From a virus (Duplodnaviria > Caudoviricetes): a stretch of 64,000 nt of DNA. Position 1 is the stretch's first letter. Each line of letters starts with the position of its first letter. The stretch lies in IMG/VR virus record IMGVR_UViG_3300011577_000001. The stretch is one strand, 5' to 3'. Under the pieces are notes generated by a model, which worked only from the letters and a program-made list of their open reading frames with translations, was not told the DNA's origin and made no database searches. This document shows, piece by piece, positions 49,135 to 58,098 of this stretch. Position numbers and translations under genes: made by a program.

Positions 49135-49864
49135 CGGAGGCTTCCTTTTTAATGGTCACCATAACGGTGAAAGATTTGATGTTCTGATCTTCAGACGAGA
49201 ACGAGAGACGCCACTGACCCAGCGTTTGCCGGAAGCGAGTAGCGCTATTGTTGACGGTACAGTAGTACTCCATACCGCAAGCCTTGTAAAGCTTGTGCTT
49301 GTTGAGATTCAACTTGATATTTTGGGGGTTGATATCTCTCGCGTAGGTATGGCGGTCGATACGTACAACTTCAACCTTGGTGACTTCGCAACCTGGGAAC
49401 ATCGTCGACAGGTTGACGCTATCATTGCGCATCACTACTACACGCTTCTTCTTCAGGTAAGGGGCTTTGGTAGTGTGCTTGACTTTCTTCTCGCGATGCG
49501 GTTGGAACCAGAGACCCAATACCTTTTCGCGTTGTTCTTTGTTCAGCTCAACCCGCTCAAGCAGTTTAGGCCAATCGAAGTAAGCGTTTTGGTAGTGGGG
49601 CTTGTTATACGTATCACGAATGTCATCGGGGAAGACGTCCACCTTTGGTGCACCCCAACGAGCCAACACCTGCGGACAGGAAGTAGGACGACGGAAGTAC
49701 ATGATGTGGACCGAGCTGTAGCGATCTGGCGTCAGTCGACACTTTACCAACACGATCACAAACAGGCTAACCCGATTGATGCGCCAGGCTACAATGTCAG
49801 CTTCGCCCATGATGACGCGAGGTTGGGAAGCAGCATGGTCATTATGAGCACGTACTGGAATCAT
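49121..49864 (-). CDS. Hypothetical basic protein
   Basis: Overlapped gene chain. Confidence 0.65.
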   Translation of the reverse strand: MIPVRAHNDHAASQPRVIMGEADIVAWRINRVSLFVIVLVKCRLTPDRYSSVHIMYFRRPTSCPQVLARWGAPKVDVFPDDIRDTYNKPHYQNAYFDWPKLLERVELNKEQREKVLGLWFQPHREKKVKHTTKAPYLKKKRVVVMRNDSVNLSTMFPGCEVTKVEVVRIDRHTYARDINPQNIKLNLNKHKLYKACGMEYYCTVNNSATRFRQTLGQWRLSFSSEDQNIKSFTVMVTIKKEASDGNV

Positions 49865-50223
49865 TTGGCACCTGAGTAACGGAAGTCTGATTTCTTGCCG
49901 CGTTCTTGCAGCAGTTGGATTTCGCGGGAGATGGAGCGACCGGATGGAATCACAGCCATGTAGTAAGTGCCCTCGAAGAGCGTAACCTTAACCACTGTAC
50001 CCGGCATCAGTTTCCACGCTTCGGCATGTTTACGGCTGATGTAGTACATCCGGCCATTCAGCATGACGATGGCAGTTTCCTGAAACTTACTGACTTTGAT
50101 ACCAGCAATCTCACCGCGATCAACTTCACGAGCACCGCGTTGGCGTACCAGATCGAACGGGATGTTCATGGTGGCTTCACGTGGATCGTTTACAGCAGTG
50201 TTACGAACGTGCTTCGAGGACAT
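49861..50223 (-). CDS. Hypothetical protein
   Basis: AAGGAG RBS; ATGA coupling. Confidence 0.65.
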   Translation of the reverse strand: MSSKHVRNTAVNDPREATMNIPFDLVRQRGAREVDRGEIAGIKVSKFQETAIVMLNGRMYYISRKHAEAWKLMPGTVVKVTLFEGTYYMAVIPSGRSISREIQLLQERGKKSDFRYSGAK

Positions 50224-50249
50224 CTAACAACTCCTTGTAGGGTCTCTTA

Positions 50250-50756
50250 TTATCCCTTCTGAGGGAAACGTTTATTCAGCTCTTCGACAATAGCTGGGAT
50301 GGACATGATGTGGATTGGTGCAGGTCCTTCACGCAATGTATCCGACGCAAGCATTAGTGCCTTGCGGATATCGTTCTCATGGAAATCCATTGAGGCGAAA
50401 AGGGTTTCTTCTGTTTCTACGTAGGCACCCCGAATGCCCACAATACCCTGACCCCAAGGGACCAGTCGCTTGAGCATGCTGCGTTTGCCGTTCTTGTCGC
50501 CGATCGACCATTCTTCAATACGACCGGAATGGGTAATCAGCCAACCACGCAAGGCGCCTTCAAGCAAACCTTCGGACGAATCATCGCCGTCCAGATACGC
50601 CAGCAAGTTAAACGCACAGGGACTCAGCGGGACCAGGAACCCGTGCTTCGAGTACAAGGCATCCGGGTTAATCTGAGTGCGCAGTCCATTGGGGCGGTAA
50701 ATGTCCGAGATGAATGCAATCTCGTTTCCGTTAGTGACAACGAAGTTCTCGTTCAT
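50250..50756 (-). CDS. Hypothetical protein, possibly a degenerate Ntn-hydrolase-like paralog
   Basis: ATGA coupling with the upstream Ntn-like gene. Confidence 0.6.
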   Translation of the reverse strand: MNENFVVTNGNEIAFISDIYRPNGLRTQINPDALYSKHGFLVPLSPCAFNLLAYLDGDDSSEGLLEGALRGWLITHSGRIEEWSIGDKNGKRSMLKRLVPWGQGIVGIRGAYVETEETLFASMDFHENDIRKALMLASDTLREGPAPIHIMSIPAIVEELNKRFPQKG

Positions 50757-51337
50757 TTGCGGGTCCTGGATTTCTTCTGAGCGGGTACGGTACGTGGGAA
50801 TTTCTTGAGAGTCGTGAGATCGTAGAAGTCACAGCCCAAGCCACACGTGGCGGTTGCTTTGCTGATGCGGTGGATGATCTCAATCGCACCCAAACCTGCC
50901 TTGTGGTAGGCATTGGCGAAATTGATTTCAGAACCGGTAGCATTGAACCGATGGATGTCCTCTGCCCGAACTTCCAGATCTTTCTCTTCGGTACGCCACG
51001 AGATGAACCAGCAGTGCTCTGCTGTTGCGACGTACAGTCGACGAGAGATCCCAGCGGCATAACCGGTCAGGATCATAGCTTCCTCGTCGGTGAACTCCAA
51101 CGGGTTGCCTTCGTCATAGCTCAGGTAAAACGCAGTGAGCCTGGTTGTCAACAAGGTCTTGATCAGACCCATGTCCGCACGGTGCGGATCAGCACCTACT
51201 ACACCGACGACGAAACGTTTCTCGTCCTCGATGAAAAGCTTGTTCCCCACTTCACGATACTCGATGCGAGTACCACAGTTGACCAACATCTGTTTATCGG
51301 CGGCGATTATGCCATCCTTTATTACAACCATCGACAT
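50753..51337 (-). CDS. HslV/proteasome-beta-like Ntn-hydrolase-fold protein
   Basis: MSMVVIKDGIIAADKQ N-terminus, ATGS...FA and TCG motifs. Confidence 0.55.
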   Translation of the reverse strand: MSMVVIKDGIIAADKQMLVNCGTRIEYREVGNKLFIEDEKRFVVGVVGADPHRADMGLIKTLLTTRLTAFYLSYDEGNPLEFTDEEAMILTGYAAGISRRLYVATAEHCWFISWRTEEKDLEVRAEDIHRFNATGSEINFANAYHKAGLGAIEIIHRISKATATCGLGCDFYDLTTLKKFPRTVPAQKKSRTRK

Positions 51338-51403
51338 TACTTGACTCCCTTGAGTGACGGCATAGAGAGTGAGGCTGTGTGGGCCTCACTCCTTGAGCCT
51401 AGC

Positions 51404-51664
51404 TTATGCCTGAACGCGCTGTTCCAGGCAGCCACGACGACCAGTTTCCTTGGCCGGGGCGTATTGCGGGTGCGCCGAATCTTTCAGGCTACCATCAGCC
51501 AGGAAGTTCAGCTTAGTGCCGACCACGGTATCTTTCGGCAGTTGACCGTCAGCGATCTCGAGTTCGATCAGATCGTTCTTGTCGTTCATGACGGTGAGCT
51601 TGGAACCAGCTACTTTCACGAAGGTCAGGGTGGTGTCTTTTTCCAGGGTTTGAACCAGTTTCAT
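51404..51664 (-). CDS. Hypothetical early protein
   Basis: First gene after a promoter; followed by a terminator at 51358-51392. Confidence 0.65.
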   Translation of the reverse strand: MKLVQTLEKDTTLTFVKVAGSKLTVMNDKNDLIELEIADGQLPKDTVVGTKLNFLADGSLKDSAHPQYAPAKETGRRGCLEQRVQA

Positions 51665-51714
51665 GAACAGCTTTCCTTTTCTAAAAGGTTTTAGGTTGAG
51701 GGCATTGCACCAAG

Positions 51715-51738
51715 GTAATATGTACCTCAGATTCTTTT
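51715..51738 (-). promoter_or_regulatory. phiKZ-type early promoter (CATATTAC variant)
   Basis: - strand AAAAGAATCTGAGGTACATATTAC. Confidence 0.65.
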
Positions 51739-52612
51739 AATTCGACGGGTAGTGTGGCTCACACAAGGTGATAGGATCTTCCTTCGCCAGATCAGGCCGG
51801 TAGTTCCGCTGGATCAACTTGAACTTGAGGATGCGACGGATACCTTTCACTTCCCCGTCGGGGTAGACCATCATTCCTGTGCGTTCAGGGTCGGTGTAAC
51901 GAATGAACACCACCGGGTGAGCGTTACCTTCTTGGATCAGATCTCCATTCTTGAAGTGATCTGCTTTCAAGTACTCGTTGTACTCCCGGATGAGCTTTTC
52001 TTCTTGCTCTTCACGGAAGGACTTGTAGTAAGGATCGGGTTCCCAACTGGCCGACATGTTTGGAACAATGCTAGCCGTCCCGTAAATGGCGTAATAAGTG
52101 AACGCGTAATAATGCGGGATATCCCGAGCCTGTTGATGCAGACCAATGATCTTGAACGGTAGCTCTGGCCAACCTTTATCTTCGGAGTGGCGCAGCTTGT
52201 GGAACACACCAGTCGTGGTCAGGTAGATCGGGTTGTTTGTGTGAGCGCAATTGCCCAAGAACAAACGCTTGCCCCGATACTCTTCCCGGTTTTTATCCAT
52301 CCGGTGGTAGTGCTCTGCCAACTTACGATTGAAGTCGTAGTTGTGAGCAAGCAGGCTATGGTCGCCAGCATCCAGAAACTCCACACGTGCCTTAGAAGGA
52401 ATCTCGGTAGCAAAGTTCCCCTCACGACCCGGCATGAAGTAGTGCATGCGGTTTTCTTTGAAATCGAACTGGGTGATGTAGTAGATCTGATCGCCACCCA
52501 ATTCGGTAATGTCTTGGTGTACTCGAATGCGAACAAAACTGCCACATTCTTTCAACTCACGTACTGCACGCTTTAAGTCGTTCTTAAAGAGCTGATCCCA
52601 CAAAGAGCGCAT
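51737..52612 (-). CDS. Hypothetical protein
   Basis: AAGGAAGG RBS; 291 aa. Confidence 0.7.
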   Translation of the reverse strand: MRSLWDQLFKNDLKRAVRELKECGSFVRIRVHQDITELGGDQIYYITQFDFKENRMHYFMPGREGNFATEIPSKARVEFLDAGDHSLLAHNYDFNRKLAEHYHRMDKNREEYRGKRLFLGNCAHTNNPIYLTTTGVFHKLRHSEDKGWPELPFKIIGLHQQARDIPHYYAFTYYAIYGTASIVPNMSASWEPDPYYKSFREEQEEKLIREYNEYLKADHFKNGDLIQEGNAHPVVFIRYTDPERTGMMVYPDGEVKGIRRILKFKLIQRNYRPDLAKEDPITLCEPHYPSN

Positions 52613-52658
52613 AAGTTTCCTTCCTTAAGGTGTGGCGGGGGAAAGCCCCCGCCGAAGT

Positions 52659-53249
52659 TTAGAAGAGATTGTAGCGAACACCGTCGATGTCCTTGTAGCA
52701 CGCGTCTACGAGATCATCGAGGATATTCCGAGCCTTCGACAGCGTCTCGCGCTGTTCGGCTTCTATAAGCACCGGGATGTAAGTGTACCGCAACTTGTTC
52801 CCAAAACGTCCAGTGACGTAATGTTCACAAATCCACTTAGGTGCGTACTTCTGCATGTCAAGATGCTGTCCAACCCCACTCCACCACGTGGGGTCTTCAA
52901 ACACTTTGGGGTCTACAGGTACAACCACGTCGATTTTAGGGATACCACGATCCATGTCAATCGGCGCTCGGGTGACTCGCTTACAACTCAAAGGGAGCAA
53001 TTTCTCTCCATTATAAGTGTAGTGAGGTCTGTAAAAGTAGACTCCATTTTGGTACTGGGTCAGAGGTAAGTCTCGTTCTTCGAAGATTGGTGGGTCTTCA
53101 CAATCGAACTCGAACTTGTAGATCGCCTCATTGACCTTAGGTTTGACGTGGTTGTGATAGCGGTACAACGTAAGCTGGGCGTAGTTCCCAAACTCGTAGT
53201 CATCGTCAATTACCGCCATCATGTTGATTGCACCGTAGAGAGTGAGCAT
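52659..53249 (-). CDS. Hypothetical protein, tandem paralog of 53258..53884
   Basis: Shared WW..Y.PK..C..Y..Y[IV]PV pattern. Confidence 0.7.
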   Translation of the reverse strand: MLTLYGAINMMAVIDDDYEFGNYAQLTLYRYHNHVKPKVNEAIYKFEFDCEDPPIFEERDLPLTQYQNGVYFYRPHYTYNGEKLLPLSCKRVTRAPIDMDRGIPKIDVVVPVDPKVFEDPTWWSGVGQHLDMQKYAPKWICEHYVTGRFGNKLRYTYIPVLIEAEQRETLSKARNILDDLVDACYKDIDGVRYNLF

Positions 53250-53257
53250 AAGTCACC

Positions 53258-53884
53258 TCAGATGTCGAGTAGGCTGACTTCCTGGTTGGTGCCATGGTCC
53301 ATGAAGACTTCTTCCAGTTGGTCGCCCACTTTGGCCAAGCCCTCAACCAGATCCTTAACCACTCGGGTCAGAACGCCTTCGTTGATCGAGACCGGTACGT
53401 AATCAATACGGACCTTGTCGTCACCGACGATGCTGTGCAGGTAGCCCTTACACATGAACTTCGGCTTGTAACGATCGACCAGCGTGGTGATCTCCGCAGA
53501 GTTCCACCAGTACTCAGACTTGAGCAAGTCCTTGTTGTCAACCACAGCCACCATGGTCAGGCGAGGAATGGTTGGGTCGTCGATGTTCGACTTGGCAACC
53601 GTGCGGATTTCCTTCACCAGAACCGGATCACCCCGGAAGGTGTAGAACCCACCGTGTTCGTGCTTGTAGAACCCAGGCTCGAGATCCTCGAAGCGCTTGT
53701 CCCGAGGGTACTCAAGGACTTGCTCTTTGGTCAGATCGAAAGACAGCTCAACCACTTTCTCATCGAGCTGCTGGTAGGTCCGACAAGCCTTGGCGGTATC
53801 ACGCAGGCGCAGGTGCAACTCAGGCTTGGTGAAGATGTGTGCCAGATCATTGAACTGATTGACACACAGGTAGGCCTTGATCAT
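53258..53884 (-). CDS. Hypothetical protein, tandem paralog of 52659..53249
   Basis: GGAGG RBS; ATGA coupling; shared motif. Confidence 0.7.
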   Translation of the reverse strand: MIKAYLCVNQFNDLAHIFTKPELHLRLRDTAKACRTYQQLDEKVVELSFDLTKEQVLEYPRDKRFEDLEPGFYKHEHGGFYTFRGDPVLVKEIRTVAKSNIDDPTIPRLTMVAVVDNKDLLKSEYWWNSAEITTLVDRYKPKFMCKGYLHSIVGDDKVRIDYVPVSINEGVLTRVVKDLVEGLAKVGDQLEEVFMDHGTNQEVSLLDI

Positions 53885-54417
53885 TTCAGCCTCCAGGCAT
53901 AACCGAATTTATGGGCCTTGGCATCGAGCAGGCGAAGCCAAGTGTCGCTGTTGCTCAGGCGCAGAGGAATCAATTCATCGCCGAACATACAGCAAGAGTT
54001 GGTGAAACCGAAGAGCGCTTCACGAGGAATCTTGCGTTCGCGCATCAACGTGGCTAAGGCGCTCTTGTTGTGAGCTTCACGCAATTCACTCAGCGTTCCC
54101 TGTTCTTTAGGGCGAGCAAACCAAGCCTCCAGAGCCGCCCGTTCTTCCTGAGTGATCACCAGCACCATCGCATCGTGGGTGGCGCTGCGAACACGCAGAC
54201 GGTCAGCGAGCTTGCCTGCACGCCAGATGCGCTCGTCTTCCATGCACTCGAAGCTTTCAGGCTCGTACGAGAAGATCAGACCGAAGTCGTAGGTTTGTTC
54301 CAGCGGCAACACACCGGACCACTGCTTGACCGTTTCCAGATCGTCAGTGATGATCCAGTTGATTTCTTTGTGCGCCGAGAAAGGCTTGGGTACTGTCTTG
54401 TTCATTACAGTGCTCAT
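53881..54417 (-). CDS. Hypothetical protein
   Basis: ATG at 54417 in ATGA overlap after GGAGG. Confidence 0.65.
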   Translation of the reverse strand: MSTVMNKTVPKPFSAHKEINWIITDDLETVKQWSGVLPLEQTYDFGLIFSYEPESFECMEDERIWRAGKLADRLRVRSATHDAMVLVITQEERAALEAWFARPKEQGTLSELREAHNKSALATLMRERKIPREALFGFTNSCCMFGDELIPLRLSNSDTWLRLLDAKAHKFGYAWRLK

Positions 54418-54980
54418 CGCAGAGCCTCCGGCATGAACAGGTTGTCTTGCGGCACCAGCAGAGGCATGTTCTGACCCCAAGCTTCTGGTTTCAGAGTGAA
54501 GCCGACGTGTTCGACTTGACGAATGACTTTGCCAACCATCGACTTGTCAACCGACAGGCGTTTGGTCTCTGGCGACGAACCGTCGCTACCGAAGCGATAG
54601 TCGATGATGTGTTGAGCCTTGAACACCCCGAGGAATTCAAAGCCAGCACGCGACACCACGATCATCATCGCCGCAGTGATTTCAGCGCTGTAGTTGCGCA
54701 GGTCCATCTGGTTCATGATGGCTGAACGAGACTCCGGGTAACCGAAGTAGCAGTTCATACCTTCCTTCTTGAAGACCACCAGGTTGGTTTCCAGATCCGG
54801 GTGTCGGATGGATTCCAAGAAGTGGCGATCGAAGCCACGGAAGAACACGTCGTCCGCTGCCCAATCGAGGATCACGTTGTTGATGAACTGGTTCGGGTCG
54901 AAAGGTTCCATGCCTTTATAGTCACGGATGTCACCGTGCATCTGGGCAAGTTCAACAACCTTCTGGCTGAGCTTCTGCAT
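54414..54980 (-). CDS. Hypothetical early protein
   Basis: GGAG RBS; downstream of a promoter-like motif. Confidence 0.7.
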   Translation of the reverse strand: MQKLSQKVVELAQMHGDIRDYKGMEPFDPNQFINNVILDWAADDVFFRGFDRHFLESIRHPDLETNLVVFKKEGMNCYFGYPESRSAIMNQMDLRNYSAEITAAMMIVVSRAGFEFLGVFKAQHIIDYRFGSDGSSPETKRLSVDKSMVGKVIRQVEHVGFTLKPEAWGQNMPLLVPQDNLFMPEALR

Positions 54981-55042
54981 TTACTTCTTCTCCATCTTAG
55001 GAAAGGGGGTTAATGGTACTAACCCTAATAAGTTGCCAGTAG

Positions 55043-55066
55043 ATGATATATCTCTGAGTTCCAGTT
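55043..55066 (-). promoter_or_regulatory. Degenerate early promoter (TATATCAT variant)
   Basis: - strand AACTGGAACTCAGAGATATATCATC; same spacing as the other four; sits just after a terminator. Confidence 0.5.
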
Positions 55067-55075
55067 GAATCGAGC

Positions 55076-55113
55076 AAAAAAAAGAGGGGTAGTTAACCCC
55101 TCCTCTTTATGCC
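55076..55113. terminator. Terminator
   Basis: A-run, GAGGGGT..ACCCCTC stem, CTTTATGCC. Confidence 0.7.
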
Positions 55114-55114
55114 C

Positions 55115-55654
55115 TCAATCGAGGATATCGCTTACCACATCCCCGATATCGTCCAGCACTGAACTACTGGAGGATTGGGTCGAGCTACTGCTGCGCTTCC
55201 GCCAACGGAAGAAGTTTTTGAACCGCTGCCACAATGAGGGCTTGCGGATTTCAGGTTCTGGTGGAGGCATTACGTCATCGATCCTTTTGATCAGTTCTTC
55301 CCCTTTGAGGAAAGTCGTTTCGAAATCCCTGACCAACAACATCGGAGTCAGAGCCATCCCACTGAAAGCCAGTGTCACCGTACAGCCACGCAGAGTTTCA
55401 TTCTCCACGCTAAAGAACATTCTCCAGCCCGTTACGTCACTGTACGCAATGGCTTGGAATTCGATGGGTTTATCAAAGTCCCAGTGCCAGTTCCCAGCTT
55501 TAAGGCCAGGAAAGAAATCTGGAAACCCGTCGTAGAACCCCGCGATCATGTTCACTAGACTCTGCATGTCAGTATGATTGAGTCGGTAAACCCCTACCCT
55601 TTCATACTGACGTGCTAACTCCCGGTTGCTACGTGACCCCTTTATTTTGATCAT
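55115..55654 (-). CDS. Hypothetical protein
   Basis: ATGA coupling; Ser-rich tail. Confidence 0.65.
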   Translation of the reverse strand: MIKIKGSRSNRELARQYERVGVYRLNHTDMQSLVNMIAGFYDGFPDFFPGLKAGNWHWDFDKPIEFQAIAYSDVTGWRMFFSVENETLRGCTVTLAFSGMALTPMLLVRDFETTFLKGEELIKRIDDVMPPPEPEIRKPSLWQRFKNFFRWRKRSSSSTQSSSSSVLDDIGDVVSDILD

Positions 55655-55857
55655 AGGTGTGTGCCCGGTCTAGGTACGAACCAAAGGTAGTAACCTACGG
55701 TGCCAAACAATTCCAATAGGCCCAATGCGACCCAGGTTCCCATGAACCGCTCAAAGCGTCGGAAGACGTACTGGAAGATCCCTTCCCCGACAGGGCGGAA
55801 TACTACCAAACCCAACGTGAGAACCAGATTGAAAGCGCCGAGGTAAAAGATTTCCAT
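55651..55857 (-). CDS. Small membrane protein (2 TM)
   Basis: Two hydrophobic segments; GGAGG RBS. Confidence 0.55.
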   Translation of the reverse strand: MEIFYLGAFNLVLTLGLVVFRPVGEGIFQYVFRRFERFMGTWVALGLLELFGTVGYYLWFVPRPGTHL

Positions 55858-55863
55858 GGATAG

Positions 55864-56403
55864 TTATTTCGTTGGAGGTTGCATGATTGCTCCACGCTCG
55901 AAACGACCGCTCTGGCGGCGACGAGAGTAGACCAGTGTTGGTTTGTGGCAGGTGAAACGACCCATGAACTCTCGAACACCCAACTCTTCCCAACGGTACA
56001 GGCGATACTCTGGGTTGAACGCGATCAACTTGTTAAAGCCTCGGTGGTAGATCGTGTCCTTGATGTCCAGTGTGGATTCCCCTTTCGGCGTTTCCAGTAG
56101 CACCAGTTCTGCCGATTGAGTCGGGTCCATCAACAGCTCGATGAAACGATACTCCCGATCCTCACGTACTTCTAAGTGTGGAACGTAGAAGTAGTAGAAG
56201 CAATTGCCATTAGTGGCAAAGCCAGGCGTGCAGTTAGACAACAGACTAGCCCGGAAGTTTTTGTGGCGTGGGGCTTCGACTTGAGTGAACTTCTTGGGGA
56301 AGAACTCATTCTCCACCTTATCGATGATGCGTTGTTCCACACCGTCGAGTTTCAGCACACGTGCTACGTTTTCAAACAGTTGACGTTTCGAGGTCATGCT
56401 CAA
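55864..56403 (-). CDS. Hypothetical protein
   Basis: AAGGAG RBS. Confidence 0.65.
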   Translation of the reverse strand: MSMTSKRQLFENVARVLKLDGVEQRIIDKVENEFFPKKFTQVEAPRHKNFRASLLSNCTPGFATNGNCFYYFYVPHLEVREDREYRFIELLMDPTQSAELVLLETPKGESTLDIKDTIYHRGFNKLIAFNPEYRLYRWEELGVREFMGRFTCHKPTLVYSRRRQSGRFERGAIMQPPTK

Positions 56404-56546
56404 GGCTCCTTAGCCAATTAGTTTAAGCGAAAGCCTGATGCAACGCATAGCTCACGCATGTAAGGATAAACAAAAGGTTGGCGGCGACAAAGGCCACATG
56501 ACGTTGACGATCACTACGGCGCGCGTGGATGCGGTCTACAAGAGGA

Positions 56547-56825
56547 TTAGTCAGCATCGTTCTTCCCCAGACCGCCTTCAACACACTCAAAGGTACGAAC
56601 TGTGGTGATCGTGATATCGCTACTGCCACCCTGTCCGGCAACGCGAGTTCTAGAGGTCTGGGACCAAACTCCTTCCTTACTGGTGGCCCCATAGCCAAAG
56701 AGACTTTTAGCCGTATACTCGCAAGGTATACCGATCCGACTTTCAACCGGGAAAGTCGTAGTTGATACAGCAACCCCCACTGGGCTAAAAACAGTAGTAG
56801 TGAGAAGTCCGACAAGAATAGACAT
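56547..56825 (-). CDS. Hypothetical protein, possibly secreted
   Basis: ATG at 56825 after AGGA; frame choice versus the 56423..56815 ORF is uncertain. Confidence 0.4.
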   Translation of the reverse strand: MSILVGLLTTTVFSPVGVAVSTTTFPVESRIGIPCEYTAKSLFGYGATSKEGVWSQTSRTRVAGQGGSSDITITTVRTFECVEGGLGKNDAD

Positions 56826-56881
56826 TGTTTCTTTCCTTTCTGAAGGATATAAAAGGCCGCCCCTAAGGGCGACCAAGAGAC

Positions 56882-58045
56882 TTAGTTATCGTGGATACGA
56901 ACACGTACGCCAACGCTGCCGCTTGGGGTCGGTTCAGGCGAGTCGTCAGATGGAGCTTGTGGGCGTTCTGCCGGTGGAAGCTTGCGGACCTCTTCGTAAT
57001 GTTCGATAAGATCATCAATGCGGTGGTTATCGCAAGACAGAGCCTCGCGGATATCCAGCGGACCTACCAAACCAGCGGAGACTGTCTCACTGTAGTAGCT
57101 ATTGGACGAACCGTGCCAACGTAGAGACACAAACCCTTTCGGCGTGGCGAAGCGGTAGTAGGTCCAAGTTTCTGATTTACAGCAGCCTTCTTCGGGATGG
57201 TGCGAGGCTTCTTCAGAAACTACCAGAGGTCGGTCAATCAGATCAAAGAGGTCTCCCTCGATATCGATCAACTTGATGGAGCAGTCACAACCGTAGTCGC
57301 CTTCGGACGCGTTGTGTAGCACAAAGGCATCGCCGGTATTCAGGATGAACACGATTCGCTCAAAGGTATCATCACCTAGATCAATGCGTTGACCGGGTGC
57401 CAGATTGTTGAGACGAACCGTGTTGAAGATGATCTGACCTTCAGTCTTACCAGAGTCCGGGATCAGGACGATTTCGGTGATGGTAGAACCTACCGGCATC
57501 TCGTCGATCATCTTGTACGCGACTTCCTTCGCCATAGCACGGCGCTGTTCGTCAGTGTACGTCGGCTCGTCGTCATCGTCCTCCGCATCCAACAACTCAC
57601 CTTCTTTAGGGGCGATTGCTGGTGCTACAGCGTGTAACGGAGTAGGTTCACCGCCATTATCAGCGATAGTGCGCACAGCGTGACGGAATACTGCCAATTT
57701 ACGACGTACTTCGTCTCTGATATTCAACAAGTCGTCGGGTGTGGTGATACGGTACTTACCGAGTACACCTTCGAGAGCCCGTTCCATCTCGACATCCCAA
57801 CGGCTAGCCATGACCAGTACTACTACCTCAAAAGGTGTAGCAAGACCGAAGGCTTCTGCGACAGAGGGCTCACAGCGACACTCAATGCGGTAGTCACCGT
57901 TCTCTTGGATGATCGCCATGCCTTCATGGCGCATCTCTTTGATACCTTTGTTTGCCAGCACCTGTAACAGTTCGGCGGCGATCTCCTGACCAATGGCCGT
58001 CATCAGCTCGTGGTCACGCATTTTGGCAATCAACTGCTGGTCCAT
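56882..58045 (-). CDS. Hypothetical two-domain protein
   Basis: AGGAG RBS; C-terminal TWTYYRFATPKG.V.LRWHGSSN.YYSE phage-type domain. Confidence 0.75.
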   Translation of the reverse strand: MDQQLIAKMRDHELMTAIGQEIAAELLQVLANKGIKEMRHEGMAIIQENGDYRIECRCEPSVAEAFGLATPFEVVVLVMASRWDVEMERALEGVLGKYRITTPDDLLNIRDEVRRKLAVFRHAVRTIADNGGEPTPLHAVAPAIAPKEGELLDAEDDDDEPTYTDEQRRAMAKEVAYKMIDEMPVGSTITEIVLIPDSGKTEGQIIFNTVRLNNLAPGQRIDLGDDTFERIVFILNTGDAFVLHNASEGDYGCDCSIKLIDIEGDLFDLIDRPLVVSEEASHHPEEGCCKSETWTYYRFATPKGFVSLRWHGSSNSYYSETVSAGLVGPLDIREALSCDNHRIDDLIEHYEEVRKLPPAERPQAPSDDSPEPTPSGSVGVRVRIHDN

Positions 58046-58098
58046 CTGAGGACTCCTAATAAAGGCATAGCCGGGCTCCCGAAGGAGCCCAAGCTACT

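Noticed and set aside
56423-56815. 130-aa ORF
   Set aside because: It has a weak TTG start. The region is better explained by 56547..56825 plus a short membrane ORF from about 56557, though this is unresolved.
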